A stretch of 64,000 bases of DNA from assembly GCA_900552105.1 (NCBI GenBank), contig URYH01000001.1, positions 2,341 through 66,340 on the forward strand. The letters are read 5' to 3'. The translations under genes and the position numbers were made by a program. The notes under the pieces were generated by a model, which saw only the letters and a list, made by a program, of their open reading frames with translations, was not told where the DNA came from and did no database searches. Positions within the stretch are counted from its first letter, which is position 1. Every line of letters begins with the position of its first letter. Of the stretch, positions 17,058 through 25,812 are shown one piece after another. Origin of the DNA: an uncultured Eubacteriales bacterium. Its GTDB lineage: Bacteria > Bacillota > Clostridia > Christensenellales > UBA1242.

Positions 17058-17117
17058 TCAAGTAGGCTTGCCTTTCTTTTTGCAAAGTTTGCAATTTTCA
17101 CAAATGCCAACTTTCAT
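17058..17117 (-). CDS. Possible 19-aa Cys/Lys-rich micro-ORF (MKVGICENCKLCKKKGKPT)
   Basis: GGAGGA lies 3 nt upstream of the ATG (ggaggaaaaATG). The ORF is convergent with RNA unit 1. No homology evidence is available for something this short. Confidence 0.2.
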   Translation of the reverse strand: MKVGICENCKLCKKKGKPT

Positions 17118-17148
17118 TTTTCCTCCAACATTTATTTTTATAAAACTC

Positions 17149-17178
17149 TTGCTTTTTTATCTTCCAATATGATATTAT
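17149..17178 (+). promoter_or_regulatory. Promoter of structured RNA unit 2
   Basis: TTGCTT, 18 nt, TGa-TATTAT. Paralogous to 16915-16943. Confidence 0.5.
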
Positions 17179-17179
17179 A

Positions 17180-17247
17180 TTTGAAAATCAACCAAGCCCT
17201 TGGGGCAATTATCTTGTGGAAACACAGCGCGGGGGTTGATTTTTTTT
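17180..17247 (+). ncRNA. Structured small RNA, unit 2 (paralogue of unit 1)
   Basis: P1 is aaaatcaacc / ggttgatttt (10 bp, a completely different sequence from unit 1 but still perfectly paired) followed by a T-run. P2 is gccc-ttg-gggc. P3 is cttgtg-GAAA-cacag, followed by cgcggg. Confidence 0.55.
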
Positions 17248-17449
17248 ATTGCTTAAATTTTTTAGTAAACTTTTTATTTGCTTTTGAGTTTTGTTTGAAA
17301 ATCTAACACCAAATAATTTTTCAGCCCCAAATTGCTCTTACTTCTGTTAGTAAGGTGAACTTATTCTTGTTTTTATATTTCTATTTCCTTATATTTGACT
17401 TGTTTTATTTTTGCGTGTTAACATAATAAAAACTTTGGAGGTTATTATT

Positions 17450-17677
17450 ATGAAAAAGCACATGGACGCAAACATATTTGCTCAAATGTTTGTTGAGGAT
17501 ATTCCTGATATTCTCAAAGACGGGAAAGAACATATTCTTTCATTTTTACCAGAAATATTTAAAAATGACCCAGAATTAAAAGTTTTACAAAAAGCCGTTG
17601 CCGAGGCAGGTTATTCCATCAAACTAAACCAAGATACAAAAGACAATGACTTACAAGAATGGATACTTTCGAAATAA
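17450..17677 (+). CDS. Hypothetical 75-aa protein
   Basis: GGAGG RBS 7 nt upstream of ATG 17450. A terminator follows immediately. Confidence 0.55.
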   Translation: MKKHMDANIFAQMFVEDIPDILKDGKEHILSFLPEIFKNDPELKVLQKAVAEAGYSIKLNQDTKDNDLQEWILSK

Positions 17678-17701
17678 ACGCATTATTTGCGTTTATTTTT
17701 T
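17674..17701 (+). terminator. Intrinsic terminator
   Basis: ataaacgca / tgcgtttat stem followed by a T-run. It overlaps the stop codon. Confidence 0.7.
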
Positions 17702-17764
17702 CAAGTCACTTTATTTGACTTATTTCTCACATTGCCATATCCTTAAAGTAAAGGAGAAAAATTT

Positions 17765-17962
17765 ATGGACAATGAATTAAAAGTTGAATTGGAACTGATA
17801 AAAACTACACTTTCTTTACAATTACAAGACTTCGCCAAAGCTCACAATCTTTCGAAAAAAGACACCGAAGATCTCATTACTATTGGCGATAGAAACATGG
17901 ATATTGCATTTCACAAAATGGATCCAACAGTTCCTTTTGGAAATTTCAAAAAGAGGAGATAA
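17765..17962 (+). CDS. Hypothetical 65-aa protein
   Basis: AAAGGAG RBS. Its 3-prime flank (aaatgcattatttgctttt) is a degenerate copy of the terminator at 17674. Confidence 0.5.
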   Translation: MDNELKVELELIKTTLSLQLQDFAKAHNLSKKDTEDLITIGDRNMDIAFHKMDPTVPFGNFKKRR

Positions 17963-18007
17963 ATGCATTATTTGCTTTTAAACTTTTGTTTCGTCATCTA
18001 ATGCCAA

Positions 18008-18053
18008 ATCTTGCCACCCGCCAAATTCGTTCTTCTTGGACGAATTTTTTTAT
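18008..18053 (+). repeat. Direct repeat copy 3: tRNA-Gln 3-prime-end-like sequence plus terminator
   Basis: atcttgccacccgccaaattcgttcttcttggacgaatttttttat aligns with copies 1 and 2. It has a 2-nt deletion in the tRNA part, and the terminator stem is preserved. Confidence 0.75.
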
Positions 18054-18110
18054 TGTTTTATTTGTTTGAAAAATTAAAAAAATTGTTGTAAAATGTAAAT
18101 GAGGTTTGAT

Positions 18111-18776
18111 ATGGCAAAAATTCTTATTGTTGATGACGAGAAAAACATTGTTAATGTCATCAAGGAATATTGTGAATACTCGGGATTTGAAACTGATGTT
18201 GCATACGATGGGCTTGAGGCATATGAAAAAGCAAAAGTCAATTTCTATGATTGCATCATCATGGATATTATGATGCCAAAGATGAGTGGATATGAGGCGG
18301 TTGAAGAAATCAAAAAAATCAAAGATGTTCCAATCATTTTGTGCAGTGCAAAAGTGGAAGAATATGACAAGCTCAAAGGTTTTGAACTTGGTGTTGACGA
18401 TTATATCGTCAAACCTTTTTCTCCAAAAGAGGTTATCGCGAGAATAAAAGCGTTGTTAAAACGTTCACACGCAACAAACCTTCATGACATTTTAATTTTT
18501 GATAATCTCAAAATTGACTTGTCGGCTCACATGGTGTTTGTTGATGAAGAACAGGTTGAATTGACAAACAAAGAATACGACTTGCTTCTTTTGCTCGTTC
18601 AAAACAGAACAAAATATGTATCTCGTGAGCAAATGCTTGAAGCAATTTGGGGTGACGATTATCGCAAAGATCCTCGAACAATCGACACTCACATAAAAAT
18701 GCTTCGCAAAGATTTGAAGTCTTGTGGCGACAAAATTAAGACGGTCAGAGGAGAAGGTTATAAATTTGAAGCGTAA
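18111..18776 (+). CDS. OmpR/PhoB-family response regulator
   Basis: Receiver domain (KILIVDDE, DCIIMDIMMP, KPF) plus a winged-helix domain (LTNKEYDLLLLL, TIDTHIKMLRKDL, RGEGYKFE). Confidence 0.9.
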   Translation: MAKILIVDDEKNIVNVIKEYCEYSGFETDVAYDGLEAYEKAKVNFYDCIIMDIMMPKMSGYEAVEEIKKIKDVPIILCSAKVEEYDKLKGFELGVDDYIVKPFSPKEVIARIKALLKRSHATNLHDILIFDNLKIDLSAHMVFVDEEQVELTNKEYDLLLLLVQNRTKYVSREQMLEAIWGDDYRKDPRTIDTHIKMLRKDLKSCGDKIKTVRGEGYKFEA

Positions 18777-20154
18777 ACTTATTGATGTGCATGGAATAAA
18801 GTTCAAGTTGTTTTTGCGATTTTTGTCACTTCTCGCAATAATTCTTTTGTTGGTGTGGCTTTTGCAATTTTTTCTTTATGCAAACATTTATCGAAATATA
18901 ACGTCAAAAGATTTGGCCAAAATTGATGAACAAGTTGTGTCGCTCTATGAAAATGGCGATTTGACAACTCTAAAAAATTATTCAAACAAAAACAACTGTT
19001 CGATTGTTATTTATTCAAAACTTGGCGACAGCATTGACATAAGATTTTCAACATTGAGAAACAACACGGAAGGAGCATTCAATCAAAAACTCAAAGATAT
19101 GGCACAAAATCTTCGAAAAGAGAGCTCAACGAGATATTATCTTGAAGAAGATGGCACGGAAACTTTTAATTGCGGCAGAGTTGAAAAGATTGACGGAAAC
19201 AATGTATATTTCTACACTTGTGGAGTTGTTTCTGTTGTTGATCAAACTCCACGAGTTATGACATTCGTTTTGCTCATTGTTAGTCTTGTGAGTTTGCTTG
19301 TGACATTGGGGGTTTGGTTTGTTCTTGCAAAAGATATTTCAAGGCCTATAACAAAACTTTCTGAAAAAGCAGCGACTCTTGCGAGTGGAAATCTTGGTGT
19401 TGAATTCGATAGCTTTGACTACACTGAAGTGGCACAACTTTCTTCAACTTTGAATTATTCTATTTCTGAAATCAAAAAAAGCGAAGAGATACAAAAAGAT
19501 GTCATTCAAAATGTTTCTCATGAGCTTCGAACACCGCTTACGATGATTCGTTCATACACAGAACTTTTGCAAGATTTCTCTGGTGATGACCCAGTGAAAA
19601 GAAAAGAACATTTGCAAGTTATTAGTGAACAAACCGATAGGCTTGAAAACTTGGTTAAAGACATGATTGACCTTTCAAAGTTGCAAGCAAAAACAATGGT
19701 TTTTAACAAAACAGAATTTGATTTGAGTGAAAGTTTGAAGGGGATTGAAGACAACTACAAAACTCGTTATGAAAATGAAGGTTATAAATTTAAGTTTAAA
19801 ATTGCAAAAAACATCAACATTAATGCAGACAAACAGCGCATTGAACAAGTTATTATGAATTTGATAAATAATGCAATCAACTATTCAACAGACAACAAAA
19901 ACATTCAAGTTAATTTGCAAAAAGATGGAGAGAATGCAAAACTTGAAATCATTGACCACGGAATTGGAATATCTGAAAAAGATTTGCCTCAAATATTCCA
20001 AAGGCATTTCCGCTCAACAAATTCACAACATACAACAGCAGGCAGCGGTGTGGGTTTGACAATTGTGAAAGAAATTTTGGATTATCATGGTTATAAAATC
20101 AGTGTCAAAAGCAAAGAAAATGAGGGCAGCACGTTTACAGTTGAATTTAATTAA
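18766..20154 (+). CDS. Sensor histidine kinase (HisKA/HATPase_c)
   Basis: H-box SHELRTPLT, N-box NLINNAINYS, G-boxes DHGIGI and GSGVGLTIV, and two TM helices. The start is uncertain: TTG 18766 after GAGGAGAAGG, or GTG 18724. Confidence 0.85.
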   Translation: MKRKLIDVHGIKFKLFLRFLSLLAIILLLVWLLQFFLYANIYRNITSKDLAKIDEQVVSLYENGDLTTLKNYSNKNNCSIVIYSKLGDSIDIRFSTLRNNTEGAFNQKLKDMAQNLRKESSTRYYLEEDGTETFNCGRVEKIDGNNVYFYTCGVVSVVDQTPRVMTFVLLIVSLVSLLVTLGVWFVLAKDISRPITKLSEKAATLASGNLGVEFDSFDYTEVAQLSSTLNYSISEIKKSEEIQKDVIQNVSHELRTPLTMIRSYTELLQDFSGDDPVKRKEHLQVISEQTDRLENLVKDMIDLSKLQAKTMVFNKTEFDLSESLKGIEDNYKTRYENEGYKFKFKIAKNININADKQRIEQVIMNLINNAINYSTDNKNIQVNLQKDGENAKLEIIDHGIGISEKDLPQIFQRHFRSTNSQHTTAGSGVGLTIVKEILDYHGYKISVKSKENEGSTFTVEFN

Positions 20155-20181
20155 AAGACCAAAAACCTGGTCTTTTTTTTT
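20153..20181 (+). terminator. Intrinsic terminator after the kinase gene
   Basis: agacca / tggtct stem followed by T8. Confidence 0.7.
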
Positions 20182-20215
20182 AACCAAAAATTCTTGATTT
20201 GAATAATCTCATAGT

Positions 20216-21244
20216 ATGAGAGAAATAAATATTGAAGCGCTTTGCAACAACTATCAATGCATAAAGAAAAGTTGTGGCAAAAAAGTGTGTGCCATGGTCA
20301 AGGCTGATGCATATGGTCATGGTATAAAAAAGGTTTGTGAAACATTAAAAAAAGATGCTGATTTTTTTGGAGTTGCAACAATTGGCGAGGCAATAACAAT
20401 TCGGTGTGTTGGGGCACAGAATCGAATTTTGATGGTTGGCAAAAGTGAATTTTGTGACTTGCAAAAATATCAGGACAACAATGTTGAGTTGAGTGTTTTT
20501 TCATTTTCTGATTTGCAAAAAATGGAAGAGATTTGCAAGCAAAATTCTTTTCATTTGAAAATTCATATCAAAATCAATTCTGGCATGAACAGACTGGGCG
20601 TCAAAACAATAAAAGAGTTTAATTTGATGCAAAATTTATTAAAAAACTCAAAAAATCTTGAATTTTGTGGACTTTTTACTCATTTTTGTTCAATAAAAGA
20701 AGATAAATCATATTTTGAGAAACAGAAAAAGCAATTCGGATTGTTCGTTTTTTCAATTGACAAAATGTTTAAGCCTCTTATTCATGTCGGTGGGAGTGGG
20801 GCAATTTGTGAAAAGTTTTCATTTTGCGTTGATATGGTCAGGGTGGGTTTGGCACTATATGGATATTCAAGTGATTTATCAGTTCAAAAAGTCATGCGAG
20901 TGACATCAAAAATTTTGCAAATCAATGAAGTTTTGCCATATGAAATGACGGGATATTTCCCGTGTAAAACCGCTTCATTTCCTCGCCGCACTGCAACCAT
21001 ATTCTATGGATATGCTGACGGCATCCCAAAAAAATTAACAAATCAAGCATTTGTCAAAATTAACAATCAAAAATGTGAGATTTTGGGTGTCTGCATGGAT
21101 ATGATTATTTGTGATGTGACAAATGTTTTGTGCGAAGAGGGTGATGAGGTCGTTGTGTTCGATGATGCAAATGTTTGGGCGGAAAAGTTGGGTGTTATTC
21201 CATACGAAGTACTAACTGGTTTCAAAAACTTGAGGAAACACTAA
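20216..21244 (+). CDS. alr: Alanine racemase
   Basis: 342 aa with the PLP-lysine motif AMVKADAYGHGI. Confidence 0.85.
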   Translation: MREINIEALCNNYQCIKKSCGKKVCAMVKADAYGHGIKKVCETLKKDADFFGVATIGEAITIRCVGAQNRILMVGKSEFCDLQKYQDNNVELSVFSFSDLQKMEEICKQNSFHLKIHIKINSGMNRLGVKTIKEFNLMQNLLKNSKNLEFCGLFTHFCSIKEDKSYFEKQKKQFGLFVFSIDKMFKPLIHVGGSGAICEKFSFCVDMVRVGLALYGYSSDLSVQKVMRVTSKILQINEVLPYEMTGYFPCKTASFPRRTATIFYGYADGIPKKLTNQAFVKINNQKCEILGVCMDMIICDVTNVLCEEGDEVVVFDDANVWAEKLGVIPYEVLTGFKNLRKH

Positions 21245-21250
21245 ATTTTG

Positions 21251-21279
21251 TTGAAAAAAACTTTTTTGTGATATATAAT
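21251..21279 (+). promoter_or_regulatory. Candidate promoter of rsmD
   Basis: TTGAAA, 17 nt, TATAAT (21274-21279). Confidence 0.45.
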
Positions 21280-21285
21280 TCCCAC

Positions 21286-21825
21286 ATGAGAATCATATCA
21301 GGAAAACACAAGGGAAGAAATTTGCTGGCACCAAAAACAGAAGATGTGCGACCAACGCTTGACATTGTCAAGCAGGCGTTTTTCACAAAAATGCAATTTG
21401 AAATTGACGGTGCTCGTTTTTTGGATTTGTTTGGTGGCAGTGGGGCAATCGGAATTGAAGCGCTTTCACGCGGAGCGGCAGTCACAATTTGCGATAATAA
21501 TCCAGAAAGTATTGACCTTATTAGGCAAAATTTGAAGTTGATTGGTGAAAAGTGCGATGTTCAGTTGATTGACTACAAAAAGTTTTTAAAAACCAACAAA
21601 AAACAATTTGATATAATTTATATTGATCCACCATACGAACATACAAAGGCATATGCAAGTGCTTTGAAGCTCATAAAAGAAAACGCACAACTATCCACAA
21701 ATGGAATAGTTGTGTGTGAAAGCTATTTTGAAAACCGAATTGATTTTTCTGGATATAATATTGTTTGTCAAAAGAAATATGGGACGGTTGTTTTGACTTA
21801 CCTAAAACCTAGTCAACTAAACTAG
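21286..21825 (+). CDS. rsmD: 16S rRNA (guanine966-N2)-methyltransferase RsmD
   Basis: N-terminus MRIISGKHKGRNLLAPKTEDVRPT, SAM motif LDLFGGSGAIGIEA, and IYIDPPY. Confidence 0.85.
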   Translation: MRIISGKHKGRNLLAPKTEDVRPTLDIVKQAFFTKMQFEIDGARFLDLFGGSGAIGIEALSRGAAVTICDNNPESIDLIRQNLKLIGEKCDVQLIDYKKFLKTNKKQFDIIYIDPPYEHTKAYASALKLIKENAQLSTNGIVVCESYFENRIDFSGYNIVCQKKYGTVVLTYLKPSQLN

Positions 21826-22639
21826 CTCCACAATTTGGACATTTTGTGTCGTCTGGATTTTGTTTTGAGCCACAATATTTGCATCTTTTCACGCTCTCAT
21901 TTTGGGCAGGAGAAGATGCATTTTCTTTTTCAAGTTCGTTGAGTTTCATGCTTTTCTTTGCTTTGATGAATGTAAGCACTGCAACAACAACACTCGCACC
22001 AAAGCAAGCAATGGTCATAATCATTGCAGTTCTTTTTGAATTTTTTGCTCCGACATATTCGCCGTCATTTTCAAGTGGAATATTGATATAATCCATGTTG
22101 ATTGAATCTGTTCGCATTGTCACAGGGATTGAATCAACAGCAAGCAAAATGTTGTCGCCGACAACAAATTGATCGATCTCATTAATTGAATAAACCGAGA
22201 ACGTATATCCATCAAGGGTTTTCCCGTCAGATGTTTGAAGTGAGTATGTCAGATACCATTTTCCGCAATCATCATTTCGGAACTTCCCAGTTATTTTTCC
22301 AGTTATTTGATAGTCTGGGTGAGTGGTCGCGTAATTTATCATGTTGATATAGTAGGCGTTGTCGTCTTCAATTTTTTTGACTTGGTCTTTTGCTGCAATA
22401 AGTCCAAGGGTCGACATAAACCCAAACAAAATAAGAACAAAAAACGCCGTGAAAAGTCCGCGCAAAGCACTTGTCTTTTCCGCTGGGACATAATATCGAT
22501 GTCCAAAGAACCAAATTCTTAATGGTGTGGGCCCTCGTCTTAACGAACCGGAACTTCTGTGTCCGCCTCCGAAATGTGAACCTCCTCCAAAACCGCCGCC
22601 GTGACTTCCGCCACCGCCTCCATGTGAACCGCTTGGCAT
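21809..22639 (-). CDS. Membrane protein with a Gly/His-rich N-terminus and a C-terminal zinc ribbon
   Basis: 276 aa from ATG 22639 (AAAGGAG RBS). N-terminus GGGGGSHGGGFGGGSHFGGGH, two TM segments, and a C-terminal CKYCGSKQNPDDTKCPNCG. Confidence 0.65.
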   Translation of the reverse strand: MPSGSHGGGGGSHGGGFGGGSHFGGGHRSSGSLRRGPTPLRIWFFGHRYYVPAEKTSALRGLFTAFFVLILFGFMSTLGLIAAKDQVKKIEDDNAYYINMINYATTHPDYQITGKITGKFRNDDCGKWYLTYSLQTSDGKTLDGYTFSVYSINEIDQFVVGDNILLAVDSIPVTMRTDSINMDYINIPLENDGEYVGAKNSKRTAMIMTIACFGASVVVAVLTFIKAKKSMKLNELEKENASSPAQNESVKRCKYCGSKQNPDDTKCPNCGASLVD

Positions 22640-22734
22640 AAAAACTCCTTTGATGAATGCAAAATTATTATACGTATATATTAATACAAAGCATAAAAAA
22701 TACACAACCAAAAATTGTTGTGTATTAATCTTTT

Positions 22735-23067
22735 TTAGAGAATTGTGATTATGTTTGCAAAAAGTGAAAGCGCAACAACAATATGTAGAACTTCAAATGA
22801 AACTCGTTTTTCACAAATGAAGTATGCAACCAATGTTCCAATTGCACCAATATTGATTATTGTGGCAATCCCTGTCATTGCAAGAACTCCTTTCGTCCCT
22901 CCACAAATCAGAATGAATGCCCCAAGCAGCATAAAAAATATTGCAACGAGTGAAAGGAATAGTGGAATGTTTTTGAGTGAGAACAATGATTTTGCATCAA
23001 ATTTTGTTTTCTTTGAAGTTTGTGGTTTCGCTTCAATCACAACTTCGTCTTCAGATTTGTTTGACAT
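22735..23067 (-). CDS. Small membrane protein (110 aa)
   Basis: Strong RBS (ataGGAGGaaattATG). Three hydrophobic segments. Confidence 0.65.
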   Translation of the reverse strand: MSNKSEDEVVIEAKPQTSKKTKFDAKSLFSLKNIPLFLSLVAIFFMLLGAFILICGGTKGVLAMTGIATIINIGAIGTLVAYFICEKRVSFEVLHIVVALSLFANIITIL

Positions 23068-23076
23068 AATTTCCTC

Positions 23077-24486
23077 CTATAAATTTAGAATTTTTATAGT
23101 ATTGGTTTTGCCTGTTTGTTTTGGTGTTCCAACAACCATAACTATTATATCATTTGTTTTCCCCAAATGCAAAGATCTGCAAATGGATTTTGCATTTTCA
23201 ATCATTTCATATTCATTTTCGAGCGTTTTTGTTAAAATTGCGGTCGTATTCCAGCAAAGTGCGAGTTGATTAAATGTCTTTTGATTTGATGTCAGGGCAA
23301 GTATTCGGTTTTTGACACGATAGCGTGATATAAGTTCGGCAGTAGTTCCAGTTTCTGTATAAACACAGCAAGCAGGGGACCCGAGAGATACAAGGTTTTT
23401 GCAGGTCGAACTTGCAACCGAATCAGAAATGGAAAGGGTCTTGTAGGTGTGTCGCAAAAATTTTGTGTTGTATGCAATATTGTTTTCGGTCTCCATAATA
23501 ATTTTTGACATTGTTTTAACAACGCGAAGGGGATTAATTCCAACCGCAGTTTCGCCCGAAAGCATGGTTGCCGTTGCGCATTCATAAATTGCGTTTGCGA
23601 CATCGCTCACTTCAGCGCGAGTTGGTCGAAGGGAGTTCGTCATTGATTCGAGCATTTCAGTGGCAACAATTGAGATTTTTCCTTCACTTATGCAAGATTT
23701 GATGATTTTCTTTTGAATATGTGGAATTTTTTCAAGTGGTATTTCAACTCCCAAGTCTCCGCGTGCAACCATAATTCCGTCCGAGTTCGCGATGATTTCG
23801 TCAATTTTTTTGACGCCCTCGCCATTTTCAATTTTTGCAATTATTTTTATGTCCTTTGCTCCGTTTTTGTTCAAAAATTCTTTCATTTCAAACAAGTCTT
23901 CTTTGTTTGACACAAACGAAGCAGCGATGTAATCAACATCATTCTTTATTGCAAAAAGCAAATCCGATTTATCCGCTTCACTCAAAAAATCTCTGCGAAT
24001 TTTTATTCCAGGGACATTGATTCCTTTGTGAGTCGTGAGTTTTCCACCAAACAAAACTTTGGTGTCGATACTTTCTTCGTTCTTTTTTATCACACGAAGA
24101 ACAAGCATGCCATTATTCGCAAAAATTTTGTTGCCAACTTCAACATCATCAATCATTTGTGGATACGAAACTGATGCAATCTTTTTTGTTCCAAGAATTT
24201 GTTTTTTTGTTAGCGTAAAGGTGTCTCCCGCAACAAGTTCAATGCCACGCTTTGGAAGTTCGCCCAAACGAATTTCGGGACCTTTTGTGTCGAGCATGAG
24301 GGCAAGTGGCAACCCGAGTTCGTTGCGAGCGGCCAAGATGTTGTTTATTGTTTTTTGATGGCTTTCATGTGAGCCATGACTCATATTAATTCTTGCAACA
24401 TTCATGCCCGCTTTCATGAGAGAAATCAAACTATCTTTGTCATCGCAAGCAGGTCCAATTGTGCAAACAATTTTTGTCTTTTTCAT
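23077..24486 (-). CDS. pyk: Pyruvate kinase
   Basis: 469 aa from ATG 24486 (MKKTKIVCTIGPACDD). MVARGDLGVEIP motif. The upstream 105 codons of the ORF track look non-coding. Confidence 0.9.
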   Translation of the reverse strand: MKKTKIVCTIGPACDDKDSLISLMKAGMNVARINMSHGSHESHQKTINNILAARNELGLPLALMLDTKGPEIRLGELPKRGIELVAGDTFTLTKKQILGTKKIASVSYPQMIDDVEVGNKIFANNGMLVLRVIKKNEESIDTKVLFGGKLTTHKGINVPGIKIRRDFLSEADKSDLLFAIKNDVDYIAASFVSNKEDLFEMKEFLNKNGAKDIKIIAKIENGEGVKKIDEIIANSDGIMVARGDLGVEIPLEKIPHIQKKIIKSCISEGKISIVATEMLESMTNSLRPTRAEVSDVANAIYECATATMLSGETAVGINPLRVVKTMSKIIMETENNIAYNTKFLRHTYKTLSISDSVASSTCKNLVSLGSPACCVYTETGTTAELISRYRVKNRILALTSNQKTFNQLALCWNTTAILTKTLENEYEMIENAKSICRSLHLGKTNDIIVMVVGTPKQTGKTNTIKILNL

Positions 24487-24584
24487 AACTACCTCAAAAG
24501 TTATTTTATACGCAAATAAAAGAAAACACAAACAAAACAAAGTTTTTTCTTGACCGCAAACATTATTTGACTTAAACTCACTAT

Positions 24585-25736
24585 ATGATGAAACAAAAAA
24601 TTGCAATAATAGGTGGCGGTGCAAGTGGACTTGTCGCCGCAATAATGTCAGCGGAAAACGGTGAGGTTGTCTTGTTTGAGAAGGACGACCGCATTGGCAA
24701 AAAGATTTTGCAAACGGGGAATGGCAGGTGCAATTTCTGCAACAAAAATTTATCGCCAAAAAAATATAATAATCCCCAGTTCGTTGAGCGAGTATTCGCA
24801 AAAGTTGGACTTGATGACATATTGAACTTTTTTAAAAATTTAGGTTTGTGTTATAACTGGGATGAAGAGGGGAGAATGTATCCGGCAAGCAACCTTGCAA
24901 GTTCTGTGCTTGACGTATTGCGTTATGAGTGTCAAAGAGTTGGAGTTTTCATAAAAACAAATAGCCCAGTTTTGGACATAAAAATTCGTGACGGAAAATT
25001 TGAAATTCAAAATGAAATTTTTGACAAAGTTGTCATTTCTTCTGGAAATATCTCAAATGAGTTTTTGACTAAATTGGGCATTTCTTCGACAGAAAAAAGA
25101 CAGGGACTTTGTTCACTTAAAACTCCAAAAGAAGAAATTGCGGGACTTGCAGGAATTCGTGCAAAAGTTGAAATAAAGATTGCGATTGAGGGTGAATTAT
25201 ATAAAGAGGTTGGCGAACTTCAATTCAAGCAAGACGGACTCGGAGGGATATGTGTTTTTGATATTTCGAGCATAATTTCTCGAAAAAACATAAAAAATCC
25301 AACAATTTTTGTTGATTTTGCACCATTTTTTGAAAATTCTGCTTTGAAAGATGAATTAAATCGCCGCCTAAACAAGCAAAAAAATGAGCCAATCGAAAAC
25401 GTTTTTGTTGGAATGTTTCATAGACTTCTTGGTGCAATGTTTCTCAAAAGATGTGGAATTTTGCCGTCAACACTTTGCAAAAATGTGACAGAAAAACAAA
25501 TTTGTGACCTTGTTGAACAAATAAAAAATTGTGCATTTCATATTCAAGGGACGTTGGGAGAAGGGCAAGTTCGAGTTGGTGGAATTTCACTTGATGAAGT
25601 TGATGAAAACCTTATGTCGAAAAAACATCCAAACCTATATTTTGTTGGAGAATGTCTTGATGTTGATGGCTTGTGCGGGGGATATAATCTCGCGTGGGCG
25701 TGGGCAAGTGCAATTCTTGTGGGAGAACAAATTTAG
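24585..25736 (+). CDS. HI0933/BaiN-like NAD(P)/FAD-dependent oxidoreductase
   Basis: Dinucleotide fold IAIIGGGASGLVAAI. C-terminal motif YFVGECLDVDGLCGGYNLAWAWASA. Confidence 0.8.
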   Translation: MMKQKIAIIGGGASGLVAAIMSAENGEVVLFEKDDRIGKKILQTGNGRCNFCNKNLSPKKYNNPQFVERVFAKVGLDDILNFFKNLGLCYNWDEEGRMYPASNLASSVLDVLRYECQRVGVFIKTNSPVLDIKIRDGKFEIQNEIFDKVVISSGNISNEFLTKLGISSTEKRQGLCSLKTPKEEIAGLAGIRAKVEIKIAIEGELYKEVGELQFKQDGLGGICVFDISSIISRKNIKNPTIFVDFAPFFENSALKDELNRRLNKQKNEPIENVFVGMFHRLLGAMFLKRCGILPSTLCKNVTEKQICDLVEQIKNCAFHIQGTLGEGQVRVGGISLDEVDENLMSKKHPNLYFVGECLDVDGLCGGYNLAWAWASAILVGEQI

Positions 25737-25747
25737 TGCAAACAAAA

Positions 25748-25781
25748 ATATGATGTCCAAAATAATGGACATCATATTTTG
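25748..25781. terminator. Bidirectional intrinsic terminator
   Basis: 12-bp stem atatgatgtcca / tggacatcatat with an A-run before and a T-run after. Confidence 0.7.
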
Positions 25782-25812
25782 TTAAAAAACATATCGTTTT
25801 TTTAATTGTGGT

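Noticed and set aside
16722-17306. ORFs 16722-16937 and 17019-17306 in the mini-island
   Set aside because: They cross the duplicated promoters, structured RNAs and T-runs. They have no RBS and Phe/Leu/Ile-rich translations typical of A+T-rich non-coding sequence.
22745-23269. 174-aa plus-strand ORF opposite the small membrane protein and the pyk 3-prime end
   Set aside because: It is a shadow ORF antisense to two genes with good RBS and motif support, and it has no RBS of its own. The same reasoning applies to other long antisense ORFs (712-1158, 9634-9984, 32947-33552, 35716-36108, 42053-42643, 58599-59123).
24487-24801. 105-codon N-terminal extension of the pyruvate kinase ORF
   Set aside because: The canonical MKKTKIVCTIGP start is at 24486. 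The extension is Cys/Arg/His-rich nonsense and overlaps the divergent promoter region of the 24585 gene.
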